IMG/VR virus record: IMGVR_UViG_3300032373_001196
Coordinates: 1-31,971 of that record
From: a virus
Taxonomy: Duplodnaviria; Caudoviricetes
DNA: 31,971 nt
Strand: one strand, 5' to 3'
Below the pieces are notes generated by a model that was not told the DNA's origin, searched no databases, and saw only the letters and a program-made list of their open reading frames with translations. The first letter of the stretch is position 1; each line of letters opens with the position of its first letter. Below are positions 7,529 to 16,521 of this stretch, in pieces. The position numbers and the translations under genes were made by a program.

Positions 7529-7790
7529 GGGGTACTTTTTGTTTGGGTTGGGGGTATCTGATAAAAAATATGCCCCCAAATATTGCGGATGCAGGTGGAT
7601 TTCTTTGTGCGTCCCTGGACACTGTATCAGCTGTATCTGTTGTTATGCAAGGATATTTCGGGCGTTAGCGGATTTTGTTGGAAGGTGAAATGGTAGCTTT
7701 TGGAGGAGGGACTTGAAGTAGGAAGATAATGAATTGTATATAAATAATAAAATATATTAAATTTTTTCATGTACCCTAATATGTACCATA
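7529..7790. mobile_element. att junction 3: tRNA-Met 3'-end core with arm-type sites on both sides
   Basis: TGGTAGC[TTTT]GGAGGAGGGACTTGAA at 7691-7717 is the reverse complement of a tRNA T-loop/acceptor/CCA end with a 4-T insertion; GGGGTAC, TGGGGGTAT and TGCCCCCAAA at 7529-7580; TACCCTAATATGTACC at 7772-7787. Confidence 0.8.
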
Positions 7791-7950
7791 GGTATTCTTT
7801 TGCTTCATTTGGCCTTTAAAAATGTCACTTTTTCAATTTGCGTTCAATTCCCTGTGTGGGACCCGAACGCGCGACACGAGTAATATTACTTTGGTCTTAT
7901 TCTCGTGGCCAGAAGAATAAGCATATTTTCGTTCATTATATCAAACTTGC

Positions 7951-7995
7951 GGGTCCTTCCTGAGCCAGAAACGTATGCAGGTCGGCTTTTTTTTC
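7951..7995 (+). promoter_or_regulatory. cos-like packaging site (cosQ GGGTCCT; cosN degenerate?)
   Basis: GGGTCCT matches lambda cosQ and lies ~140 bp upstream of the small terminase. Confidence 0.6.
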
Positions 7996-8095
7996 TTTTT
8001 CTAGCCACAGAGCGATGGAGAGGCCCCTCTCCTCCTACATCAAGGGCTGAAAGTGTTGACATACTTTAGTTTTGAAAAAATTTGACGAGGGTTTT

Positions 8096-8686
8096 GTGGC
8101 TGGAAAAATTGTAAATTTATCAGAATTGGCGGAGATTTATGGGCTTCACAGGACAACGGTCAAAGAGTGGGTGAAGATTGGTTGCCCATTTGTGCAAGAG
8201 CATGACAAATCCCGGCGCTTGGATTGGCAGTTTAATACGGCTGAGGTGTGTAAGTGGCGGGAAGATCGGGCTAAGCAACTTACAGAAGAAAATCTTCAAG
8301 GCATTCAAGTTGGAGAATTGAAGAAACGTAAACTTGCCGCTGAAACAGCGCTGGCAGAGTTGGAAGCTGGAAAAGCAAAGAATACGTTTGTGAGCGTGGA
8401 GGATGTGGAGAGAAGTTGGCTCAACCTAGCCTCACTCGTGAAGGGGAAATTCTTGGCTTTACCGGCCAAGGTTTCCCCTGAGCTTGCAATTGCAAAGGAT
8501 GCAAGAGAGTTGGAAGCCATCCTGCGCCATGAAATCCGCCTTACGCTGAATGAGTTGGCCACAGCTGAGACGGAGATTTTAGAAGATGATGAAAACCAAG
8601 GTGACACAGAAGTTGGATGTGGCAGCGAGGGCGTTTCTATCATCGCTGGCTCCCCCGAAGGAGCTGACGATCAGCCAATGGGCTGA
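8096..8686 (+). CDS. Terminase small subunit (Nu1-like)
   Basis: N-terminal wHTH NLSELAEIYGLHRTTVKEWVKIGCP; GTG start after GAGG preferred over TTG at 8072. Confidence 0.88.
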   Translation: MAGKIVNLSELAEIYGLHRTTVKEWVKIGCPFVQEHDKSRRLDWQFNTAEVCKWREDRAKQLTEENLQGIQVGELKKRKLAAETALAELEAGKAKNTFVSVEDVERSWLNLASLVKGKFLALPAKVSPELAIAKDARELEAILRHEIRLTLNELATAETEILEDDENQGDTEVGCGSEGVSIIAGSPEGADDQPMG

Positions 8687-10457
8687 TGAGTATCGTCAAT
8701 TGAGCCCAGAAGCCAGTTCGGAAGCTGGGCAATGGCTTACATCCCGTGCTGAATATCAGCGTGGGATCATGGATGCCATATCTGATCCATCGATTGAAAC
8801 GGTGGTTATTATGAGCTCGGCGCAAGTTGGAAAGACCGAGATCATACTGAATTGCATTGGCTATTTTATGGATCAAGATCCAGCGCCTATGTTGGTGGTG
8901 CAGCCTACTTTGCAGATGGCAGAGGCATTCAGTAAGGATCGTTTGAGTAATATGCTAAGAGACACCCCCGCTTTACAGGGGACGGTGAAAGATCCCAGAG
9001 CTCGGGATAGTGGCAATACCCTGCTACACAAAACCTTTCCCGGTGGGCATATTACAATGGCTGGAGCAAACAGCCCTGCTTCACTGGCAAGTAGGCCGAT
9101 CCGTATTGTGTTTAACGATGAAGTAGATCGTTATCCGCCCTCAGCCGGTGCAGAGGGTGATCCGGTGGCGTTAGCATACAAGCGCACCACCACTTTTTGG
9201 AATCGTAAGCAGGTTCTTGTTTCCACCCCCACGATTAGTGGGATTAGCCGCATTGAGGCGGCCTATCTTGAGAGTGATCAGCGGCAATATTACGTACCTT
9301 GCCCTGAATGCGATCATGTTCAAACACTCAAATGGAAACAGGTTAAGTGGGAAGATGACGATCCAGCCACTGCCGTTTATGAGTGTGAAAACTGTCAAGC
9401 GCCTTGGAGTGATGCCATCAGGTGGCGTGCCATTCGTCAAGGTGAATGGGTTGCTGAAAGCCCATTCCAGGGTGCAGCTGGATTTCGTTTGAATGAGCTG
9501 TATTCACCGTGGCAAAAGTTGGAAGCCACGGTCAAAAGCTTTTTAGAGGCCAAAGCCTACCCAGAGCGTTTGAAAACATGGATCAATACAACGCTTGGTG
9601 AAACTTGGGTTGAGCAAGGAGAAGCGCCCGATTGGGAACGTCTCTATGAGAGATCCGGGGATTACACGAACGGCCAAGTGCCGGCAGATGGATTGTTTTT
9701 AACTGCCGGTGTAGATGTTCAAAAAAACCGGATTGAAGCTGAGATTGTTGCTTGGGGCTTGAACAAGCAAAGCTGGTCAGTGGATTTCATTGTGTTTGAG
9801 GGAGATCCCGCCAAACCGCAAGTGTGGCAAAAACTATCTGCCTTGATGGATAAAAGCTTTGTGCATGAATGCGGGAGCGCTTTGCCCATTTCGATGCTGG
9901 CTATTGATTCAGGCTATGCCACACAGGAAGTGTATGCATGGTGCCGGAAATTTCCACTTTCTAAGGCCATGGCTATCAAGGGATCTGATCGTTTGATTGT
10001 GCCACTGGGTGCGCCGTCAAAAGTGGATGTGACTTTACGGGGCCGCAAGCTTAAAAGCGGTGCGCGGGTCTGGCCGGTGGGTGTTTCAGTTTTGAAATCA
10101 GAGCTGTATTCATGGTTGAATCTGACAGTTGATGAAGATGGCAATACCCCACCGGGATACTGTCACTTTCCAAAGTATGATCCTGAGTATTTCAAGCAAC
10201 TCACGGCGGAACAGCTGGTAACAAAGCAAGTTAAGGGCTACCCCAAGCGGGAATGGCGCAAAATCAGAGATCGCAACGAAGCTTTAGATTGCCGGGTATA
10301 TGCCCGAGCGGCAGCTATCGCTTTGGGCATGGATCGCTGGACAGATAAGAAATGGGAATCTTTGTTGCGTGATATGGCTGAGCCTGTGCCAACGGCAGAA
10401 GAACCAGAGAAAAAGCCTAAGAAACGTAAAGTGATTAAAAGCCAATGGATGACCTAA
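8586..10457 (+). CDS. Terminase large subunit (GpA family)
   Basis: SSAQVGKTE Walker A, DEVDRY, STPT, CPEC/CENC, GVDVQ, DSGY, RNEALDC. Confidence 0.96.
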   Translation: MMKTKVTQKLDVAARAFLSSLAPPKELTISQWADEYRQLSPEASSEAGQWLTSRAEYQRGIMDAISDPSIETVVIMSSAQVGKTEIILNCIGYFMDQDPAPMLVVQPTLQMAEAFSKDRLSNMLRDTPALQGTVKDPRARDSGNTLLHKTFPGGHITMAGANSPASLASRPIRIVFNDEVDRYPPSAGAEGDPVALAYKRTTTFWNRKQVLVSTPTISGISRIEAAYLESDQRQYYVPCPECDHVQTLKWKQVKWEDDDPATAVYECENCQAPWSDAIRWRAIRQGEWVAESPFQGAAGFRLNELYSPWQKLEATVKSFLEAKAYPERLKTWINTTLGETWVEQGEAPDWERLYERSGDYTNGQVPADGLFLTAGVDVQKNRIEAEIVAWGLNKQSWSVDFIVFEGDPAKPQVWQKLSALMDKSFVHECGSALPISMLAIDSGYATQEVYAWCRKFPLSKAMAIKGSDRLIVPLGAPSKVDVTLRGRKLKSGARVWPVGVSVLKSELYSWLNLTVDEDGNTPPGYCHFPKYDPEYFKQLTAEQLVTKQVKGYPKREWRKIRDRNEALDCRVYARAAAIALGMDRWTDKKWESLLRDMAEPVPTAEEPEKKPKKRKVIKSQWMT

Positions 10458-10685
10458 ATGGCCTATACACAAGATGATCTAACACAAATTGAGGCAGCGA
10501 TTTTACGGCTCCAGAAAGGTGAGCACATCGTTTCTGTTTCTTATGAAGGCAGGTCTGTTACATATGCCGGGCCCCAGCTATCAGATTTGATGGCTTTACG
10601 GGATCGCATGAAAGGTGAGTTGGCCCAAACCAACAAAACACGCACCCGGCAAATCCGTCTGACGACCAGTAAAGGGTTAACCTGA
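10458..10685 (+). CDS. Head-tail adaptor, gpW family
   Basis: 75 aa, VSYEGRSVTY; lies between terminase and portal. Confidence 0.85.
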   Translation: MAYTQDDLTQIEAAILRLQKGEHIVSVSYEGRSVTYAGPQLSDLMALRDRMKGELAQTNKTRTRQIRLTTSKGLT

Positions 10686-12166
10686 TGGGATTATTTCATA
10701 CATTGCAAAGAGCTTTTGTTGCTCCTAAGCGACGAGGCTATAGTGAGTCAGCTGGTATGGGGCGCAGGTTGATCGGCTGGCAACCAACGGAAGCTTCTAT
10801 CAATACACTGTTGGCTAGCGATGCTGATATCATCCGTGCCCGGGCGCGGGATATGGTGCGCAAGAATACTTATGCGGCCAACGCAGTGGATGCGATTGTT
10901 GCGAATTGCATCGGCACCGGGATCAAGCCACTTTCAAAAGTACAAGATGAGGAATTTCATGAAGCTGTACAACAACTTTGGACGGACTGGAGTGATGAAG
11001 CTGATGCCGATAACCGTGTTGATTTCTATGGCCTGCAAGCTTTAGCCTGCCGCTCTGTGATTGAGGGAGGTGAATGTCTGATCCGTTTTCGCCCGCGCCG
11101 AATAGAGGATGGATTAAGCGTACCCTTGCAATTACAGATTTTGGAGGCTGAACATCTGGACGGTAGCAAAACCCATACATTGGCAAACGGCAACGTTGTG
11201 CGCTCTGGCATTGAATTTAATGCCATTGGCCAGCGCGTCGCCTATTACCTTTACCGCGAACACCCGGGTGAAAGCTCTTTAAAGTCATCGGGTGAAAGTA
11301 TCAGAACACCGGCAAACTCTGTCTTACATCTCTACAAGCCACTGCGCCCCGGCCAGATCCGGGGAGAATCCTGGTTGGGTAAAATCCTTGTAAAACTCAA
11401 CGAGCTGGATCAATACGATGATGCAGAGCTGGTGCGCAAGAAAACAGCTGCCATGTTTGCGGGGTTTATTACAAAGCTTGACCCTGAAGGTCAGTTTATG
11501 GGTGAAGGAGATGCAGATGAGACAGGCGTTTCTTTTGGTGGGCTAGAGCCCGGCACCATGCAAGTGTTAGAGCCTGGAGAAGATGTTAGATTCTCTGATC
11601 CTTCTGATGTGGGCGGCACTTACGAAGCCTTTATGCGCCAACAACTGCGTTCTATTGCCATTGGTATGGGGATCACCTATGAGCAATTAACCGGTGACTT
11701 AACCGGTGTAAACTACTCTTCTATCCGGGCGGGTTTGATTGAGTTTCGCCGCCGTTGTGAGATGCTACAGCATCAAGTGGTGGTGTTTCAAATGTGCCGA
11801 CCCATCTGGAAAATATGGATGGAGCAAGCTGTTCTTGCCAATGCCCTACCTGTGAAGATCAGAGAGTTTCGCAAAAACCCACGCACCTATTTACGCGCTA
11901 AGTGGATTCCCCAAGGCTGGGATTGGGTAGATCCTGAAAAAGATATGAGAGCTGTGATTGCCGCCATTCGTGCCGGCTTGATCAGCCGCTCCGAAGCTGT
12001 CTCCGAGCTTGGCTATGATGCCGAAGAGATTGACCGGGAGATTGCTAGAGATAACGCGCGCGCTGATGATCTTGGCCTTGTGTTTGACACCGACCCCCGC
12101 AAGGTGGCGCAGAATGGAGCACAAAGCGCATCCGCTACAGAAGACTCCAATCAACCGGAAGATTAA
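10685..12166 (+). CDS. Portal protein, lambda family
   Basis: RARARDMVRKN, RPGQIRG, LTGDLTGVNYSSIRAG, WDWVDPEKD. Confidence 0.95.
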   Translation: MGLFHTLQRAFVAPKRRGYSESAGMGRRLIGWQPTEASINTLLASDADIIRARARDMVRKNTYAANAVDAIVANCIGTGIKPLSKVQDEEFHEAVQQLWTDWSDEADADNRVDFYGLQALACRSVIEGGECLIRFRPRRIEDGLSVPLQLQILEAEHLDGSKTHTLANGNVVRSGIEFNAIGQRVAYYLYREHPGESSLKSSGESIRTPANSVLHLYKPLRPGQIRGESWLGKILVKLNELDQYDDAELVRKKTAAMFAGFITKLDPEGQFMGEGDADETGVSFGGLEPGTMQVLEPGEDVRFSDPSDVGGTYEAFMRQQLRSIAIGMGITYEQLTGDLTGVNYSSIRAGLIEFRRRCEMLQHQVVVFQMCRPIWKIWMEQAVLANALPVKIREFRKNPRTYLRAKWIPQGWDWVDPEKDMRAVIAAIRAGLISRSEAVSELGYDAEEIDREIARDNARADDLGLVFDTDPRKVAQNGAQSASATEDSNQPED

Positions 12167-12169
12167 TTC

Positions 12170-13378
12170 ATGAATCCAGATCTTATTGTTTTGGGCCAGC
12201 GATTGCTGGCCCGTCCACTTATGATGGAACCGCGCAGTGTAGATGTGCTCCAATCCTTACTGACCGCTCCTGAACGCGGCACTATGAGTATGGCAAAATC
12301 AATGGATCATGGGGCTCCCGATGGCATCGCCATTATTCCCGTTACCGGGCCGTTGGTTAAACGCGGCTCTGCTATGGCTTCTTTTTTCGGCTTTACCAGC
12401 TATGACAGTATTTCAGAGCAACTGGCGGCAGCCCTCGATGATACAGATGTTCATACCATCCTATTGGATATCGATTCACCGGGCGGGGAATCAGCCGGGG
12501 TGTTTGATCTGGCAGATCAGATTTATGAAGCACGCAATCACAAACACATTGTGGCGGTTGCTAATGAGTCTGCTTTTTCGGCCGCTTATGCCATCGCCAG
12601 TGCAGCGGATCAAATCTATCTCTCCCGGACCGGAGGCGTGGGAAGCATCGGGGTGATTGCCGCCCACTTTGATCAAACTTCTTATAATGAAAAAGTTGGG
12701 ATCAAAATCACCCACGTTTATGCAGGTGCCCGCAAAAATGACTTTACGCCCCATGCCCCTTTATCTGATGAGGCACACAAAACCCTACAGGAAGAAGTGA
12801 ACCGTACCTACGAGCTGTTTGCCGATCAAGTTGCACGCAATCGTCACCTTCCTAAAACCAGTATCCGCAAAACCGAAGCTGGCCTGTTCTTCGGGGATGA
12901 TGCCGTGACCGCAGGTCTTGCGGACGGCGTAATGACAATGGGCCAAGTCATCAACCTTCTAACCACCCAACGAAAGGACTTTTCCATGAATAAACCAAAA
13001 GCCGAGGCTGCACCGGTTGCCAGTGTAGCAGAGGAGAAAACGCCGGATGTAAAAACCGATGTTCAACCAAAGCCTCAAATTGATGAGACTGTGCTTAAAC
13101 AGGAAGCAGAAACTGCTGTGCGTCAAGAATTGCAATCTTATACCGAAGATGTGATTGCGGCCTGTGAGCTTGCCGGTTTTCCGCTCAAAGCTCTTGAGTA
13201 TTTGAAGGCCAATAAGGACTTAAAGGCTGTTAAAGAAGATCTGTTGAAGGCCAAAGAGGAAGCGGCGAATCAGCCGATTGCTTCATTCGTTCAACCACAA
13301 ACGGCCACTGGTTATGACTTCACCACAAACCCTGTTGTGGAAGAAGCCAAGGCCCGTGCCGAAAAGAAGGAGGGCTAA
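12170..13378 (+). CDS. S49 capsid maturation protease (gpC-like) with C-terminal scaffold
   Basis: LDIDSPGG, SAAYAIAS, GSIGV. Confidence 0.93.
   Translation: MNPDLIVLGQRLLARPLMMEPRSVDVLQSLLTAPERGTMSMAKSMDHGAPDGIAIIPVTGPLVKRGSAMASFFGFTSYDSISEQLAAALDDTDVHTILLDIDSPGGESAGVFDLADQIYEARNHKHIVAVANESAFSAAYAIASAADQIYLSRTGGVGSIGVIAAHFDQTSYNEKVGIKITHVYAGARKNDFTPHAPLSDEAHKTLQEEVNRTYELFADQVARNRHLPKTSIRKTEAGLFFGDDAVTAGLADGVMTMGQVINLLTTQRKDFSMNKPKAEAAPVASVAEEKTPDVKTDVQPKPQIDETVLKQEAETAVRQELQSYTEDVIAACELAGFPLKALEYLKANKDLKAVKEDLLKAKEEAANQPIASFVQPQTATGYDFTTNPVVEEAKARAEKKEG
12986..13378 (+). CDS. Nested in-frame scaffold protein (Nu3-like)
   Basis: Internal in-frame ATG preceded by GAAAGGA; 130-aa charged helical product. 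Confidence 0.65.
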   Translation: MNKPKAEAAPVASVAEEKTPDVKTDVQPKPQIDETVLKQEAETAVRQELQSYTEDVIAACELAGFPLKALEYLKANKDLKAVKEDLLKAKEEAANQPIASFVQPQTATGYDFTTNPVVEEAKARAEKKEG

Positions 13379-13381
13379 TCA

Positions 13382-13756
13382 ATGCCGAATATTGCAGAAG
13401 GTAATTATCTCTCAGATGTCCTGAAGTATGAAGCCCCTAATCTCTTCTCTCGCGAAGAGATGATTCTGGCTTCTGGACAAAATCTTAAAATCGGTGCTGT
13501 TGTCAGCCGAGTAACCGCAACTGGAAAGTTGGTGGAATTAGCTCCCGGCGCTTCTGATGGATCAGAAGTGGCCTTGGGCGTTTTAACCCGAGATACCGAC
13601 GCCACAGCCGCTGATACAAAAACAGTGATCATCACCCGCCATGCCATTTTATCGGATAAGGGTGTGGTCTGGCCAAGTGGAATCACCGGCCCTCAACAAT
13701 CTACCGCCACGGCGCAATTGGAAGCCCGCGGCATTCTTATCAGAAAAGGAGCTTAA
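13382..13756 (+). CDS. Head decoration protein (gpD-like)
   Basis: FSREE..LASGQNLKIGAV, ASDGSEVALGVL; position before the capsid gene. Confidence 0.88.
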   Translation: MPNIAEGNYLSDVLKYEAPNLFSREEMILASGQNLKIGAVVSRVTATGKLVELAPGASDGSEVALGVLTRDTDATAADTKTVIITRHAILSDKGVVWPSGITGPQQSTATAQLEARGILIRKGA

Positions 13757-13760
13757 CACC

Positions 13761-14768
13761 ATGTTGAATAATCCATTCCAAAACCCTGCCTTTAATATGG
13801 CGGCCTTGACACAAGCCATTAATATTTTGCCAAACACTTATGGCCGCCTTGGGGCAATGAATCTGATGCCACAACGCTCTGTCAGCTTGCGCACCATTAC
13901 GGTGGAGGAGCGAAATGGCGTTTTAAACTTGCTGCCTACACGTGAACCCGGCGCACCCGGAACTCTTGGCAATCAAGCCAAGCGCAAAGTGCGGGCTTTT
14001 ACCATTCCGCACATTCCCCATGATGACCATGTCTCGGCCGAAGACGTACAAGGCGTGAGGGCGTTCGGGACGGAAAGCCAAACACAAGTTCTGGCACAGG
14101 TGATCAATGACCGTCTAGCAACGATGCGCTCCAAGCACGATATAACTCTTGAGCACTTACGCATGGGAGCGTTGAAAGGCATCATCTTGGATGCCGATGG
14201 TTCATTACTCTATGATCTATACGGGGAATTTGAAATTGCTCAAAAAACCATCAGCTTTGGGCTTTCAAATGCCAATACCAATGTCTTAAAGAAGTGTTTG
14301 GATTTGGTGCGCTATGTAGAAGATAACCTTAAAGGTGAAGTCATGTCTGGTATTCGTGCTGTCGTCAGCGCTGATTTTTATGATGCATTGACAGGTCATG
14401 CCAAGGTCAAAGAAGCCTATGAGCGTTGGATGAATGGTGCTGCTTTGCGTGAAGATATGCGCTCTGGCTTTACCTACGGCGGCATTACGTTTGAGGAATA
14501 CCGTGGCCAAGCTACCGATGCGGATGGCAACGTGCGCAAATTCATCGCTGATGGTGAGGGACATTCCTTCCCACTAGGTACTGCTTCTACCTTTGCCACA
14601 TACTTTGGCCCCGCTGACTTTAATGAAACGGTCAACACCCTTGGCCGGCCACTCTATGCCAAGCAGGAACCGCGCAAGTTTGAGCGGGGAACGGATCTAC
14701 ACACACAATCTAACCCGCTGCCGTTATGTCACCGTCCTGCGGTTCTGGTCAAACTGATTGCTGGATAA
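13761..14768 (+). CDS. Major capsid protein (gpE family)
   Basis: LTQAINILPN, IPHIPHDD, TLEHLRMGALKG, TQSNPLP; start re-assigned to ATG 13761 after AAGGAG. Confidence 0.93.
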   Translation: MLNNPFQNPAFNMAALTQAINILPNTYGRLGAMNLMPQRSVSLRTITVEERNGVLNLLPTREPGAPGTLGNQAKRKVRAFTIPHIPHDDHVSAEDVQGVRAFGTESQTQVLAQVINDRLATMRSKHDITLEHLRMGALKGIILDADGSLLYDLYGEFEIAQKTISFGLSNANTNVLKKCLDLVRYVEDNLKGEVMSGIRAVVSADFYDALTGHAKVKEAYERWMNGAALREDMRSGFTYGGITFEEYRGQATDADGNVRKFIADGEGHSFPLGTASTFATYFGPADFNETVNTLGRPLYAKQEPRKFERGTDLHTQSNPLPLCHRPAVLVKLIAG

Positions 14769-14779
14769 GGGGAAGATTC

Positions 14780-15118
14780 ATGTCTCATCCTGAAGTTTTA
14801 ACACCTGTTACAGGGCTGGGGGAATCGCTGCCTGCGGTTCAGCCCGGCCCTACGCTGGATGGTTCCCCCTTAGATGTTACTGGGATCAGCGCTCCATCCA
14901 CTAACTCGGTGGGATCACCAGCCGTGTGTATTTATGGAAATGTACGATTTCATATTGCCTTTGGCGAAAATCCAACAGCATCAGAAAATAACAAACCCGT
15001 CGCCGCTCATACTGATATGTGCTTTCGCTGTAATCCCGCTGATAAAGTAGCAGTCATAAAGCAAGCGGGGCAACCCAATGGTAAGGTCTGGATTAATCCT
15101 GCGGTGCTTAATGATTGA
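14780..15118 (+). CDS. Small beta-rich hypothetical protein in the lambda FI position
   Basis: ATG after AAGGGG; FHIAFGENPTAS...DKVAVI. Confidence 0.65.
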   Translation: MSHPEVLTPVTGLGESLPAVQPGPTLDGSPLDVTGISAPSTNSVGSPAVCIYGNVRFHIAFGENPTASENNKPVAAHTDMCFRCNPADKVAVIKQAGQPNGKVWINPAVLND

Positions 15119-15416
15119 TTCTATGCAAAAAGCATTAGATGCCGTGTTTGAAAAGTTAGGGCTGGTGGCTACTTACATGCCAGAAGTGGGTGACTCCTTT
15201 GAAGTGCGCGTTTTCACCCGCCGGCCTGACATTATTGAAGGCTTTTCAATCACACAAATCATTGCTGAAACCGGGATTTTAGAGGTTCGTAAAACAGAGG
15301 TTTCAGATCCCAAGCCCGGAGAACAAATTGATCTCAACGGACAAACATACACCATACAATCAGTCACATTTGATGATCCTGAAAGAATGGTGTGGACATT
15401 GAATTGCGCCCCATGA
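15111..15416 (+). CDS. Head-tail joining protein (gpFII-like)
   Basis: ~100 aa beta protein ending DPERMVWTL; gene order. Confidence 0.75.
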   Translation: MIDSMQKALDAVFEKLGLVATYMPEVGDSFEVRVFTRRPDIIEGFSITQIIAETGILEVRKTEVSDPKPGEQIDLNGQTYTIQSVTFDDPERMVWTLNCAP

Positions 15417-16069
15417 AGATAGCCGCCACCATAGCTAAATCCATCCGACAAGATATGCAACGTGAGTTACGTGCCATAGAAAAAGGCGTGATGACCGGTG
15501 TTAAAAAAGCTGGCAACGGCTTGAAGGAAGAATTGCGTGATCAGGTGGTGCGCGCTGGCTTGGGTGTACGGTTGTCAAAGACGTGGAGATCCAAGTTTTA
15601 TCCTGATCAAGGGACAAACGCTACCAGCCTCATTTACAGCAAGGCCGATAAGATTATTGAATCCTTTGATCGGGGTGTGGTGATCAGAAGTACCAGAGGT
15701 ATGTGGCTGGCTATCCCTTCTGAAAATGCACCCAAGAAAGGGACAGATGGCAAGCGTGTGAAGCCAAATACTTTCCCAGAACACCGCTTTGGGGAATTGC
15801 GATTTATCTATCGTGGCCCGGGCAAAGCCTCTTTGCTGATCGCCGATAATCTGCGTGCTTCATACAGTCGTAAAACTGGACAATTCAAGGGATTCAGAAA
15901 AGCCACTGAATCTGCAATTGCAAAGAAAAAGGGCCTTGCAAGTGCCGTGATGTTCTATCTGGTGCCGCAAGTCAAGATGAAGAAAAAGTTGAATGTCAAT
16001 CGGGCCATTGAAAAGTGGCAAGGACAAGTGCCGGCCCTGATTGATCAAGCCTACAGCCAACAAGATTAA
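15413..16069 (+). CDS. Neck/tail completion protein (DUF6441-like)
   Basis: Basic protein, AGLGVRLSKTWRS, WLAIP, FYLVPQVKMKKKL; ATGA overlap. Confidence 0.7.
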   Translation: MKIAATIAKSIRQDMQRELRAIEKGVMTGVKKAGNGLKEELRDQVVRAGLGVRLSKTWRSKFYPDQGTNATSLIYSKADKIIESFDRGVVIRSTRGMWLAIPSENAPKKGTDGKRVKPNTFPEHRFGELRFIYRGPGKASLLIADNLRASYSRKTGQFKGFRKATESAIAKKKGLASAVMFYLVPQVKMKKKLNVNRAIEKWQGQVPALIDQAYSQQD

Positions 16070-16072
16070 TTC

Positions 16073-16504
16073 ATGAGCAAAACAGAGCAAATATTAAGTG
16101 CCTTGCATACGATGTTAGGCACCATCCCGGATGTGCAGGTGGAACGAAATGAGGCAATTCCTATCCAGATTCCAGCTGGTGGCTTGATCATCATTCGTGA
16201 TGGAGATCCCGGCTTTGGTGAGCGCACCTTGGGTGGGTTTGCTGGTAGGTATTACAGCCACACGGTTGAAATCGAATGTTATGTACAAGAAGCCGATGAT
16301 ACGGCCCGTGACTTGAAATTTGATGCGCTTTTGGCTGCGGTGGATGCCAAATTGCAATCAGATGAATCTTTGACTGGCCTTGTTTTCGGCATGGATTATA
16401 GCCGCCCCAACATTGATCTGGAGCCCATTGAAGGTGCTCCCGCCATCAAAAGCGGCGTAATTGAACTCACCCTAGAGTATGACACCACAACCCCACTAAC
16501 CTAA
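16073..16504 (+). CDS. Tail terminator protein
   Basis: IIIRDGDPG, YYSHTVEIE, LEYDTTTPL; directly before the tail tube gene. Confidence 0.7.
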   Translation: MSKTEQILSALHTMLGTIPDVQVERNEAIPIQIPAGGLIIIRDGDPGFGERTLGGFAGRYYSHTVEIECYVQEADDTARDLKFDALLAAVDAKLQSDESLTGLVFGMDYSRPNIDLEPIEGAPAIKSGVIELTLEYDTTTPLT

Positions 16505-16521
16505 CATAAGGAGATTTTACG

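Noticed and set aside
7527-7668. N-terminal extension of ORF 7158..7622 and ORF 7387..7668
   Set aside because: They run through att arm-site DNA and do not look protein-like; ATG 7526 is the better start.
2339-7719. Repeats as a CRISPR array or intact tRNA genes
   Set aside because: The copies are kilobases apart with no cas genes, and only the tRNA 3' 16-27 nt are present, with no anticodon or D arm.
8056-8085. TTGACA upstream of the small terminase as a sigma70 promoter
   Set aside because: No convincing -10 at 16-18 bp.
16073-16504. 'Acyl-CoA transferase' label sometimes given to this family
   Set aside because: Size and position before the tail tube indicate a tail terminator; no enzyme motifs are present.
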